Below the pieces are notes generated by a model that saw only the letters and a program-made list of their open reading frames with translations, had not been told where the DNA came from and made no database searches. Both the position numbers and the translations under genes were made by a program. A DNA stretch of 64,000 bases, from NCBI RefSeq assembly GCF_009914755.1, contig NC_060933.1. One strand, 5' to 3'. Each line of letters begins with the position of its first letter. The first letter of the stretch is position 1. Origin of the DNA: the human T2T-CHM13v2.0 reference genome, Homo sapiens. Below are positions 42,608 through 56,609 of this stretch, piece by piece.

Positions 42608-43849
42608 CAGCAAGTCCAGCCCAAGTCTAGTCCAAGCCCAGGGAGCCATCTGAGGACTAACAGAGTGGCCAATTCTTACAGACACTCAAGGAAACCAACC
42701 ACATCTCCAGATGCCGACTGCAATCGCCAGGACTGCCTAAAATGAAGGACATTTACACACTCGGAGAGGGGCAGCTGCGTGGACTCAGGGTGCAGAACTG
42801 CTCATCAAACTTATTGTTTGAGCATCGGCGGGGGAAGACTTTGTCATCAACAGAGCCCAGGCTGGGGAGGGGGCTTGTGAGTCCCTGGTACAAACCTCAT
42901 CTCCGAGAGGCCCCGGGAATGGAGGCTGGTGGCTGGGGTTCCAGGCTGTCCGCTGTGACCATGGCCCTGGCGCTGAAGGGCCACAGCCCCCAGGGTGGCC
43001 CCAGTTGCTGCCTCCGCCGCAGAGGCTCCCCAGCAGCCAGAATGAGCACCCCCAGTGGATTTGGAAACCGAGTCTCAGTGCCCTCCCAGTTTCTTCATCA
43101 TGTCACCCATGAACACATTGCAATCATCATTCATGGGGCCAAAATGCTCTGCTGGGGTCAAAGCAGCCCCAGCAAATGCTGACTCTCCGCTTTCCTTTGT
43201 CTCCTTTAGACACAGCCAGAACACTCTCTGCCAACTCTCTTCTGAAAACCTGTTTGGGAAATTATTTGGCAAGGGAAGTCTTGGCACACACTGGGGGACA
43301 AGCAGGGCGAAGAGCTCAGAACCTCGGCTCCCAGGTCCACAGCAACTGGGTGTGTTACTCGGGCCCTGGACCTCCCACACCAGTGTGGCAGGGTCTCTAC
43401 GCACTAGAGGGGCCCCCGAGGGACCTCTCCTGGCCACGTTGGAGCCAGTTCGTCCCGCTGGTTGGAGATTTCCAGTTCCCCTCTGAGTTCTGGCCCATCA
43501 GCCTTTCTGCCACAAACCAACCCAACCACGTGGACGGTGTGTGGCCAACTAGGCCGCAGCTCCACGGAGGCCTCCCTTGCTGGGGGTGCTGGGGCTGGAG
43601 CTGCCTGAACTTGGCAGGGCTAGGCCCATGGGGCCCTATGGATTAGCAGAAGTGAGCCAGAGCCGCTGCCCAGCGGCCTCCAAGGCTGCAGGGGGTGGGG
43701 GGCTGAGACTCGGGTTGGTGGCTGGAGAGAAGTCCAGGCGGTGGAGCCGGGAGCCAGGGGCTCACCCTTCTCCTCAGGAGGAGAGCTCGGGTGGCTTGTG
43801 CCGAGAGGTGGGGTGCTGGGGCATTCCCTGAGCTCCATGCCACTGCCTT

Positions 43850-43990
43850 ACTTATTGTGCCTCACTGAAAACATACCACATCCTCGTAGCATAGGCACCC
43901 ATTTTACAGATGGGGAAACTGAGGCCAAGAGATGCCATCACTTATGAGCTGCTCATCAGCAGAGTCTGGCCTCCAGATCTAACGCCTCCT
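43850..43990 (-). mobile_element. MIR fragment
   Basis: cccattttacagatggggaaactgaggcc MIR core. Confidence 0.75.
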
Positions 43991-45464
43991 CCCTGGCCTT
44001 TTAGCTGCTGTGGAGAAAGAAGGCAGAGGGTAGCCCACAGGGGAGGCCCCAAGAGAGGAGTGATGGCGACTCAGGGCTGGGAGATGGGGCTGCCATTGGA
44101 GGCACCCTGGAGTGGAAAGGAGGGTTGAGGTCAGAACGGGGAGGGTGTAAGTCTCTCCCACCCTCCCTGCCCCCCTGCACCTGAGGCTTGCTCTTCCCTG
44201 CTCCTACCCCCAAGAGCTTCACCCAAGCCTTGCACTCCTGCCCTCACTGGCTTCATACCCCAAGTCCACCTGGCTGGGGTTGTGGAGGAGGCCACATGGC
44301 ACGGCCACTGTGGGCAGCAATGTCATTGTCCTTCCAGGACCCTTAGAAGCCACAATCCCACTGCCCTCTGGCCTGGCAAGGGTGTGACTGCCCCCAGCCC
44401 CTGCAAAGGGGATGACATGTCTCATTTGTTGCTGTTGGCACCATGGCAGGAATTGTCAAGGGTGACTTATTCAGGACCAAATGCACAGCCCAGTGGATGC
44501 TGCCAAGACCTTGCATTCATCTGCTGATTGGAGGCGGTGGCGTTTAAGACCCACTTTATAAATCACGCCTGTGTGCACATGGGGGATGATTAAAAACCCC
44601 ACAGGGCTTTGAACAACCATGAATACATAGGGCAAGGGCAGCTGGTGCCCTTGCAGATTGGTGGAGGATGTGCCCTCTGGGGTGGGCGAGGGGCAGTGTT
44701 TGCAGCTGTAATAGTCTTCAGGGGCTTTCTGTCCTATGACCTTTGTTGAGCACCTACTATGTGTCAGGTATCACGAGAGCCAGTGTGGGGTGGTGTCAAA
44801 ACCTGGGGCTCAAACTCCAGGGCTGCCTCTAGCTCCCAAGTAATCAAACTCAAGTAATTTCACCTGTTTGGGCCTCATTCTCCTAACCAAGGGAGACCAT
44901 CTGACTCACCAGTAGGAGTTATGAGGGGAGGTGTAGATAGAGCAGCCGGCTCAGCCAGGCCCTGGGGAGCATGTGGTAAAGGGAATTCCCTCACCTCCTG
45001 GCCCCCATTTCCTCCCTTCTTGGGCCAGTGGAGCATGTGAGAACCTGGTCTCTGCCTCAACTACAGGGTGGTCCCTCTGCAACTCCAGGAGTGGCCTGGT
45101 AGGTCAGCATTTTTCACTACCTACTGCATGCAGGTTGTGTGCAACATGCTGGGAACAAGAACGAGGAGGATACACAGATAAGGGTTCTAGGGCTCATCGT
45201 CTCTGGGGACAGGGATTGAACCATCCAAGCCTTCTTGTAGAAGTGAGGGTGTCTGTGGTACTGAGTGAGGGGCCCCTGAGGGGATAAGGAGGGACATGGG
45301 ATGTGAGTAGTGGTAGACAGGGCCAGGTGGGGTGCCAATTTAACCCTTCATGCCTCAATATTCCCATCATGGAAAAGGGACCTTTCGTCACTTTCTAAAA
45401 AGGAACAGGAAGTAGTAGGAAAACCAGAAAGTGGAAGGTGGGACCTGTCTGACTTCAGGTCAGA

Positions 45465-45600
45465 CAGTAGCTCGGCTGCCTCTGCCTCCCCTAGTGGCAT
45501 CTGAGGGCGTCAGTGGAGTGCTGCTGTGTGTCCTCTGTCCACATGGCCCCTGCTGCTGGGCTGTCACTTGGCCCCTGCTGCTGGGCTGTCACTCAGCCCC
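45465..45600 (+). repeat. Left arm of inverted repeat (partner 46741-46851), with an internal 25-bp tandem duplication
   Basis: 92/103 identity to the reverse complement of the partner, 29-bp perfect core. Confidence 0.92.
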
Positions 45601-45706
45601 TGCTGAGTGGGGTTGCTGTGAGAATTACAATATTGAAAAGCTTGTCCTCTGGGAAGAGCATTGTGCCCACTGGCTATTACCAGTGTGCATTTTGTTTTCC
45701 CTCATC

Positions 45707-45756
45707 CTGACCTCAGAGTGGGGCTGCCTGTTCTGACCTCAGAGTGGGGCTGCCTG
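45707..45756. repeat. 24-bp perfect direct repeat (ctgacctcagagtggggctgcctg) x2
   Basis: 45707-45730 and 45733-45756. Confidence 0.9.
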
Positions 45757-46740
45757 CTCCTGCCTGCCCAGGATGCTGATAAGGGGACACTCGGCTCAGG
45801 GAGTGGAAGCTTGGCCTGGAGGTTCCCAAGACTGGGACAAGAGGGTCTGATCCATCTGGGGAGGGGCCCTTCCTTCCAGAATCCCAGGGGAGGTCCAGGA
45901 GGGGCCAGTGGAGAACAGAGCAGAGCCAAGAGAGAGCAAAGGTTCCCAGGCAGTTTCCCTCAGGGAGCCCACCTGGTTTCCAGCTGGCTCCATCCACTGG
46001 TTCTGGACTATGTGGGCGGGAGGAGCCCAACAGAAGGGGCTCAGGCTGGGAGAAGACTCAGCCCCGGGACAGAATCCTAGGCCTGGGGGAGGGGAAGCAG
46101 TGACAGGGCCATCCTATCTGAATTCTCCCCACCCTCATCTCCTAGGTCTGCTGGGCAATGCCTCCTGCACCTCTGGGGAGGGGTGGGGCAGTACAGGAAG
46201 ACCCCTCTCCCAACTTGGGAGAGTGATGGGCAGCCCCCAGCCCCGCCCCATATCCGTCAGCTCTTGGTTCAAGGCTGGGGTCAGCCTGAGGTCGCAATGC
46301 CTTTGTGTGTGTCTGTGAGGGGGTGGCCCCTCTGTGGGCCTTTCACGTGGCTGTAGACCCTGCTGGCTTTTCAGCCAGGGCCCTGGAGGGAAGGAGGGCT
46401 GTGAGCCCCCAGATGCTCCGACACGGCCCAGGCACTATTCATCAGAGCCGATTTGTCAAACGGGTTTGGAGGCAGCTGCAGACAGTGAGGGGAGGGCTGG
46501 CCTCATGGGCTCTGCCTGGGCAGGTGCTGGCCGAGAAGTGCCAGCCCCAGGAGCTGAGCAGGGTTTTGGGGTGGACAAGGTTTCTTGACTTTGGACTTGG
46601 GACACGTGGGAGAAGGGTCCTGGCCTGGCTGTCTTTACACAAGAGCCTGGGGCTTGAGTAGCAGAGGGGAGGCCCGCCAGGGGCTGTCCCATCCTGTGCA
46701 GTGTGGCCTGGGGTGAGTCACCTCGGTTTCCATTGGAAGA

Positions 46741-46851
46741 GGGGCTGCGTGATAGCCCAACAGCAGGGGCCTTGTGGACAGGGGACACACAGCAGTGCTC
46801 CATTGACGCCCTCAGATGCCACTAGGGGAGGCGGAGGTGGCTGAGCTACTG
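46741..46851 (-). repeat. Right arm of inverted repeat (partner 45465-45600)
   Basis: Manual reverse complement and alignment. Confidence 0.92.
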
Positions 46852-47929
46852 GAGATGGGGAGACTGAGGCCCCAGTGGGAGCTCAGGTGGGGGGGGTCCC
46901 TTTGTCCTGTGAGAGCCCCTCCCCTCCCCAGCTGAGGCCCCAGCCTCCTTATCACAGGTTGTACCCAGGGTCACCTGGGGTGGGGATTTCTTTGTCCCTT
47001 TGGGGTCCTCAGGCTCTGTTGTCAGGGAGCCAGCATGGACGGATGGCCCGTCGTAGGGGGCAGGTGGCCTGAAGCCAGTGAGGACAGACAGACGGACAGC
47101 AGCACACCAGAGCTCCTGCCCAGCCACCCTGCCCTCGTGCCAGCCTCCCTCACTTCCCTAACTCCTGATTTTTCATCAAAACAGCACACAGGCTTTCAGC
47201 CTGTCCAAGGTCACGGGGCTGCAAGGGGAGCTGAATGAGGCCATTACATTGGCTTCTAATGTCCCTGTGGCCGCAGCTCAAAAGCTGCCTCGATCAAGCA
47301 CCCGGGACATTCCAATTTCCGCCTGTCCCGAAGCGATCGTATCAGGGCCTGAGTGATCTCCTCGCTGGCGGGCAGCGGAGATGCAAGGGCAGGCAGTCGG
47401 CCAGGAGCCCCCACCCACAAGGCCACCCCTGAGCCCAGCCATCCCCTCCCTCGGGAACAAAGGGAGTCTCGGGCCATGGCCGACAGGGCTGAGAAACAGC
47501 TGCATGCTGCCCGTAATCGTCTCCCTGAGTCCCACTCAGGCCCTGTGCTGGGGTTGGGCTCAGCTCATCACTAGCTGGCACCCTGTCATTCCATTCTTTT
47601 TCCCCTGGAGGGGCTGGGGGAAGGCAGGAGCAGCCCTCACATGCCACCCATGTGGGGAGGCGAGGGGGCTCAACGGCTCAGGGGCTCAGAGGGGCAGCAG
47701 CCCTCCTCGGGCGTCCTCAAGACCGCAGGCCTCTGTCACTCCCTTATAAACGGCCCAGGGTTCTAGGGAGTTGGCTGCAGCTGGGCCTCATAGCAGCCCC
47801 CAGCCTGCCAACTTTGGGCAGGAGCTTGGAGCCAGATGGCCTGGGGTTGAGAATGTGCTGGTGCCTGGGGGTCCCTGAGCCTCACCCCCGGGGATCTCCA
47901 TGATCGCCCGGATGTCAGCGCACAGCCGC

Positions 47930-48340
47930 TCATTTGTAAAGATCTTTGTTCCCGAGCTGGTGGCTGTGGGATGAGAAACCAGTTTTTAGAACCTGACTAA
48001 GCAAAAACAGGAAACAACCCAGATGTCCCTCAGCTGGGGCTGAATAAACAGGCTGAGGCCCACCCCTGCAATGGAATACTACTCGGTGACAAAAAGGCGT
48101 GCATCGCCGGAGCTGCCCCGCTGATGCTGCCTCCCGAGGCTGTGCTAGTCGGGTTCTGCTGTCGGCACAGAGCTCAGGCTGCTGTTGCCAGGGCCGTGGG
48201 GCTCCTTGTGGGGATGGAGTGTGCTATATCTTGATTATGGTCACAGTTACGTGACCGCATGCATTGGTCAAACCTCCCAGAGCTGTGGATGAAGAAGCGG
48301 CGTTTTCCTGTATGTAATGTGCTGTATGTAAATAAAACAC
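47930..48340 (+). mobile_element. L1M 3'-end relic
   Basis: ggaaacaacccagatgtccctcagc...caatggaatactactcgg...ctatatcttgattatggt...aataaaa. Confidence 0.7.
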
Positions 48341-50862
48341 TGGAAAGGGCTCTTTCTTTGCACGCGACACAGACAGCAGCCTGCAACGGGCCCAGCTGGG
48401 CTCTGCTGAGAAAGCAGAGGCGGCTCCACGCTCACCGTGACAGCCGGGAGAGGACCTCACGCCGTTTGTCCCTTCATCCCTCGCTGGGCCTGGAGCCCAG
48501 GAAGGGCTCTCAGGATGGGGGTCTTCTCTCACAGGCCTGGCTGCCCGTGGACAACAGTGGGGCCCTCCCCAGCACTTGCCTGGCCTGGGGGAGAGTGGCC
48601 AGCGGGGCGGGCCTCGAGGGGGGACTGGGAGGTGTCCTTGGGCTGAAAGGCAGGACTCTTGTCAGGAGGAGCCCTGCTTCCATTGACATAACAGCTGGGG
48701 AAGTGTCACCAAACTCACAAACAAGCCAACACCAAAAAGGTTAAGCCATGTGGGGGAGGGCGAACAGAGGGCGAGGAGTGGCACCTCAGAGCCGCTCAGC
48801 CCCTCGGCTTCTCTCTCGTTCTAGCCAGATGCCTTCAAAGGTCGTTGGCTAAGTAAGCATTGGGACTCCCATTTCCTCCTGCACGGCAGCAACAGAGATT
48901 CCAGGACTGCTCCGGAGAAGGGCCGGCTCCCTCCTTTCCTGCAGACTGGCTCCCAGCCTCTCCCCCAGGGCCTCCCACAGCCCTCTGCGGGAATTACCTG
49001 CAGGTAAAGCAGCCTCTATGTGTCCTCTCCTCCCTGAGAATCTCGGGCCTTTGCCATGGCCCTGGTAACACACAACTACTACGTACGCTGGGGCCCTATT
49101 ATCCTATTGGCCAATTATCCTATCGGCCACATTAGATTGGCCACCTGTAACTGAGTTACTTTCCCTGACAACGGAGGAATGGGGAGCCCCGGGTAGGCTG
49201 TCCCAAGGAGGCGCAGGCTTTCAGCTCCTATACCCTTCAGGTCAGGAGAACTGGAGGGAGAATGAAGGAATGAAGGCAGCCATTCCCAATGTCTGTGGAT
49301 GGCTTTGGGCCGTCTCATCATTCCCATTTCGCTGATGAGAAAACGGAGGCTGAGAGCGCCCAGATAACCTCCTTGATGGGACTGAATGCATCCGGCCCGG
49401 GGACTCCTAACCTCAGCTGCTCTGGAGAATGCCCCCAGCCCAACCCAGGCTGCTCCTGGACCACATATATCAGTATCCTGGGGTGCAGCCTGGGCACCAG
49501 CATTTTGTAATGCTCCCAGGTGAGGGGCATCCTGGGCCACTGACGACCCCTCATCCTCACCCTCCTCAGGCCAGGGGCACTCCCTGTACCATCTGAAAAG
49601 AAAATCATAGCTGAGAGATAACTCACCTCACACACAATTTTGCAAGAGTCAATATAACGCCCTGTTATATGGAGGAGGAATTAAAGGGAAATTGTATGAT
49701 AAAATCATATGTTTTTCAATATGTAAAGGCCTGGCTCTGTCTCCAAGGGGAGCCCAGAAGCCCCCCCGAGGCATGCCTGTGTCATCTTATCCCCGTGCCA
49801 GCCCCCATGGCTGATGCGGACGGGCCAGGCCTGGCGTTCCAGACTCCAGCAGCTGAGCATGTACCTGTGATGTGACTTTCCCAGGTGGTCAAGTTCCAAA
49901 CGCAGCAACGTGTCCTCCCTTCAATGGACACAGGAGATGCTTTCCTGGAAAAGCCAGCGAGGATTAACTGTGCAGCAAAGATCCCCAGGATATATTTTCT
50001 AAGGTTCTAGCTCAGGTAATTATAAGCAGCCTCTTTGCTTACCTGAACGTCTGGCAAGACCAGGGACAGAGTTACCTGCAGGGCTGGCCTGTGTATTTAC
50101 TGAAGGTCATTGTGACAACTCAAAACAGCCCTTCCTGAAGTTCCAAAATGCCCCTTGGGAGGGGAGCCACCTAGTGTTCAGCCATTTTGATGTGTCCTGG
50201 TGACAACAGACACTCTGGGGACAGGAGGAGCTTGCAGGAGGGTTACTTGCTGCAGGGCCTGGTGGGCCACCCATGTAAAGCTTGCAGCCATCAGTGTCTG
50301 GAGGGCTGGAGAGGGGTCAGGGTGGCAGGGACATCCCACAGAGAGGCCAGGGTGGGACCAGTGTGAGGAGAGAGGCAGAAATGATGTTTTAATGCAATGT
50401 TTTAAATAAAGTTAATGCAAAATGAATGCAAGATATCTATGAGGAAGGAAATATTGAAGTTTTGGAGGAAAAGGGTCGGTGGTCCTGACGTTCCCTTTTG
50501 CCCCAGGCTCTGGGGCCAGGCAGGGCGCTGCCGGACACTGGTCTCTGATGGCCTCTCTCCATGGTAGAGGCCTCCTTGGCTCAGGGTGGTGGAAACCCGG
50601 TCTTCTGTGCATCTGCAAGATCACATCTGGGTGATCAGTAGCTCCCCACAGATGGCTGCAGGGCTGTGGGGCTTGGGCAGAGCCCTCACAAGGTGGCTGT
50701 GCTAGGCTGGGTGTGGCTGACCCACTTGGGGTGCTTTGCAGCCTTGAGGCCCCTTCAGGCAGGCACAGAGGTGGGAGCCACTGGAGGGTGCCCTGTGGGG
50801 CACAGGTGTCAGGCGGTCTGGGCTGGCAGTTCTCAGCCCAGCCGGACACATGAGGCTGGTTC

Positions 50863-51155
50863 TTTTTTTTTTTTTGAGACAGAGTCTCACTCTGTCGCCC
50901 AGGCTGGAGTGCAGTGGTGCAATCTCCACTCACTGCAAGCTCGGCTCCTGGGTTCACGCCATTCTCCTGCCTCAGCCTCCCGAGTAGCTGGGACTGCAGG
51001 CGCCCACCACCACACCTGGCTAATTTGTTGTATTTTTAGTAGAGACGGGGTTTCACCGTGTTAGCTGGGATCGTCTCGATCTCCTGACCTCGTGATCCGC
51101 CCGCCTCGGCCTCCCAAAGTGCTGGGATTACAGGCGTGAGCCACGGCGCCCGGCC
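50863..51155 (-). mobile_element. AluY
   Basis: Diagnostic tgcaagctc, ttcacgccattctcc, caccgtgttag, tcgatctcctgacctcgtga; CpG-rich. Confidence 0.9.
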
Positions 51156-52139
51156 CACTGGGATTGGTTCTAAGCATCCTCTGCCCGGGCCACACTCAGG
51201 CCAGTAAAATCCCAGTCTCTGGGGGTGGTGTCTGGGCAGGAATGTTTTAGAGTCTCTCCCCAGGTGACTCTACCATTCAGCAAGGATTGAGAGCCCTTGG
51301 GACCCACCTGACCTGCCTGCCTGAGTTTGGGTGACCATGCTTCTGTGTGGGCGGTGCCACTGCTGCCTGTCCCTTTCTCGGAGAGGCCTCACGGCCGAGG
51401 CGTGCGTTCTTTTTTCCCGGCACCGTCACCACCCGTGTTGTCCTCACTTGAAAGGTGGCCATTTGAGATCTACAGGACCGTGCCTAGTTCACAGATGGGG
51501 CGGCCACTAACATTCTTACGGTCTTCACCTTGCGCTAGAACTTTCCAGGTGTGTTCTTAAAGCTCTCAGGGGAGCCCTGGGCTGTCAGCACTCTCCTATT
51601 GCCCCATTTGACAGACCTGGAAGCCGAGGGGCAGAGGGCCCAAGTCTCTCGGCCCAGTCCCTGGCAGGACGAGGAGAGAGGGAGCTGGAACCCGGGTCTC
51701 CACACTCGCTCCAGCCCCTGCCCCACGTTCTCTCCCTTCAGGGTGAGACCTTTCTGTGCCCTTTCTACGTCACCTGGAGCCCGTGACGCCCGCTCATCTG
51801 TCTGGCTGGAATCGCCGCCTGGCCCCTCACCACGGTTATTGCCTTTCGTGCCGAGTTGCCCGGGTTTGCTGTGTTATTGGCTCGTTTTTCATTCTGCATC
51901 TGCAGTAGCCAGACTTGGAGATGAAAAGCATGTGGCGCCTAACCATGATGAAAGAGGGGCGCCTGCGAGTGCCTGAGCGTCTGAAAAGGACCTTTTAGAG
52001 GCGGAGGAGCAGAGGAGGAGAGTGACTGCGGGCTCAGCTGGCCCCGTGGCCCCGTGGCCCCGTGGTCTGGATGGCGTGGCTGGAGTCTGGCCTCTCAGAG
52101 CCGAGGCTTCCCGAGCTGTGAGGCGAGAGAGAGAGAGAG

Positions 52140-52480
52140 ATTCACCTTGCAGAGTTCTACGGCGCGGCACGGAGCGGCCATTCCATAAGCATCGTTGCCG
52201 TAGCTGTAATATGTTATCACTATAACGTATATCTATGAGTCATAAAATAATAGAACTATTTTATTTTGGAGATCTCTTAGAAAACATAAACAGGAGAAAG
52301 AACCATGAAATGGGTGACTTGAGAATAGCTTCCGCTCCGATATTCAATTACCCTTCCCGCTCTCTCCCCCTCTCTCTCCTTCTGCAATTTGATTATTTCG
52401 GGGCCCACAATGCACCTGTGCCAACATCCCTGGGCCTCTCCTGAGGGCGCACACGAGTGAAATAAACAGGCCTTGTCTGC
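52140..52480. promoter_or_regulatory. Candidate enhancer with AP-1, CDX/HOX and FOX motifs and serial hairpins
   Basis: TATGAGTCATA 52234-52244 overlapping GTCATAAAA; ATAAACA; CpG-rich left part. Confidence 0.55.
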
Positions 52481-53626
52481 GCCCTCTCTCTTTGGGAGTG
52501 TCGTGGGTATGGAGACCCCCTACAAAGTCATTTTATCTCTCAGGTTCGTGGGTGAGCAGGAGCGTTGGGGACACAGTGCCAGTCTGTGTACCCTGGTGGT
52601 GTTTTCCTCGTTCCGAGAGATTAAGTAACACGCACCAGGTTACAGAACAACCGAGGGGCAGGGCTAGGCTTCTAACTCAGGTGTCTGGAACACAGTGTTT
52701 TCCATTTCAATATTCAGTCGTCATTCAACAAACAGTGATCACATGGGTTCCAGGGCGCTATGCGTGGGGGGCTGGGTGAGTAAGAACCCGGTCCCATGGC
52801 AGCCGCATTGTGGTGGGAGAGTGAGAAAATAAACATAGGCCAGGCAAAGGCCCAGGATAACTTCAACGCCACCGAGGGCTTTGGGAAGAGGCCCCAAGGG
52901 GATGTGTCAATGGCGATGGGGTCTGATACGCAGGGTGGGCAGCAGAGGGCTCCGGGGGAAGGCAGGGCCGCAGACACCTGCTGCTGTCTCGACAGCTTGT
53001 GAAGTTTCCATGTGGGCTCATGATTTGGGGAAATTTGTCCCTTGTTGTAGCTACAGATGAGAATAGGATGAGGGTGCCAGCTATTGGTCAGTTTGCCACT
53101 GGCCACCGTCTAGCCCTGCCCTTCAGTGGCTAGACCCTCACCAGAGACTTGGGTGCCAGGGACCCATGAGACCTGCCCCTTGCGGTATATGGGAATTCTG
53201 TACCTTCCTCCCAGTTTTGCTGTAAACCTAAACAGTTCTTAAAAAATAGAAAAAAAAAAAACAAACAACCCCACAGAACTCCACCCCACTAACTGGCCCC
53301 TTGGAGAAAATGGTGAGCCCACCCTGAGAAAAGGCCAGTGCTCTGGAAATCTCTCTTGTTCTGTTCATGAGGCATCATCATGGGTGGGAAAGAAATGCAT
53401 AGATTTTCTGTGATATTTCTCTGCTTTTCCGGGGGGTAAGTACACCCCAAAGGGTATGTGTGCATTTGGAAGGTTTGCAGGTTCTGTGGCAGGCCTATTT
53501 CCTGCCAGTCAAGCAAGGTTCCCAATACTGGAGGCTTCCTCCAACCTGGTCCGAAACAAACGTGGTGAGTCCGTCACAGCGCAGCTCCTGGAGCCTCGGA
53601 ACCCCCACAGCCCCGGCAGCCACTGA

Positions 53627-54059
<433 letters not shown>

Positions 54060-54785
54060 AACATCTTTTTATCCTGTTACCGAGGTGGGCAAAAGCCCAG
54101 GAGGCCGGGACGGGGTGCAGCTGGTCAGCAGGGATGCTAATGGCTGAGAGGGATCCTGAGATCCACCTCACTGGTGGTCATGTGTGTCTGGGACCCTCCT
54201 CTGTGGCCCTGGGCCATGGCAGACCTTCTCTCTGGACAAGTTGCTATGTACTGTGCAGCTCTGACTCACCGGGGGAAATTTGGAGTGGGAAGTTTGGGAG
54301 GGATCTGGAGAAGTCAGGAGGGGACAGCATAGCTGGAGGACAATGGGGAGAGGAGTAGGCCCCCTGCAAGCCTGGGCAGGTGGCAGCTCTGCCCCAGCCC
54401 CTGCAGGTTGGATCCCATGGCAGTCACTGTCTGGCATCCACGGCCAGCATACCTGAGAGCTTGTTCGAGCCGCCCTTAGCCGTTTATAACACATCCCCCC
54501 ATCGATGATCTCCAGCTTAATTTAGCTCTTCCTGCAGCCCCAGGAGGCAGGCTTCGCCACTGCACTTCACAGATGCTCCAACCTGACCCCCCATCCTCCC
54601 GCCGGCCATAACCACTGGGCACTGGCCTGCCAGCCTCTGTGCTGCCACTGTCAGCTGGAGAGAGAGCCGATGGCTCCTGGCACAGCCTGGAGGGTTAAAG
54701 GAGGCACGGTGTCTGGGGCTGGCCCAGTGGGCATTCCGTGTATCATGCTTGTGTGTCTGAATTTCCTTCATTAAAGCATTTGTTT

Positions 54786-55945
<1,160 letters not shown>

Positions 55946-56609
55946 AATCTCTCTCTTTTTGGTAACATGTCTCAAGTTCCAGCTACCGGCTGTTTTCCAT
56001 ACTTTATTTTATCCTCACGCTGACCCTACGATGTAGGCGCCAGTGTGGTTCTCATTTGAAAGACAAGGACGCTGAGGCTCTCCAAGGTCAGGGACTTGCT
56101 GGTGAGCATGGCAGGCAGAACCCCAGGCTCCGTTACTTCCATGTGCCTGCATTTTACACACCCCTGGGGCCCCGGCCTCTTCCCGGAGCCCTCGTCCCTT
56201 TGCTTCTGAAGTTTTAGCTTCCGAGGGTAAGTTCCTCAGGAGCTGGTGAGCTTGTGTCCTATTTCTTTGCACCCCTCCCCACCCCCGACCATGCACACAG
56301 TAGGTGCTTCATAAATTACCAGGGCATGACTGTTAATGGACTCTACCAGATTCTGGCTGATCCCCGGACATGGCCTTGGCCTGGATAGACTCAAATCTCT
56401 CAGCAGCCACCATGGGGGACCGGCGCCTGCTGTGGAGTTCGGTGAACTCTGGGTCAGCCCCAGTTTACTGAACCTTTTTCTGACTTAAAGGAAAACCATG
56501 TGCTTGGGAGAGGATGCTGCCAGGAGAGCCCGAATCTCTTACCTTTCTTCTGGAAAAAATAGATCATGTTTTTTCCTTCCTCCCGACCCCCCTCGCCCCG
56601 ACCATAGCA

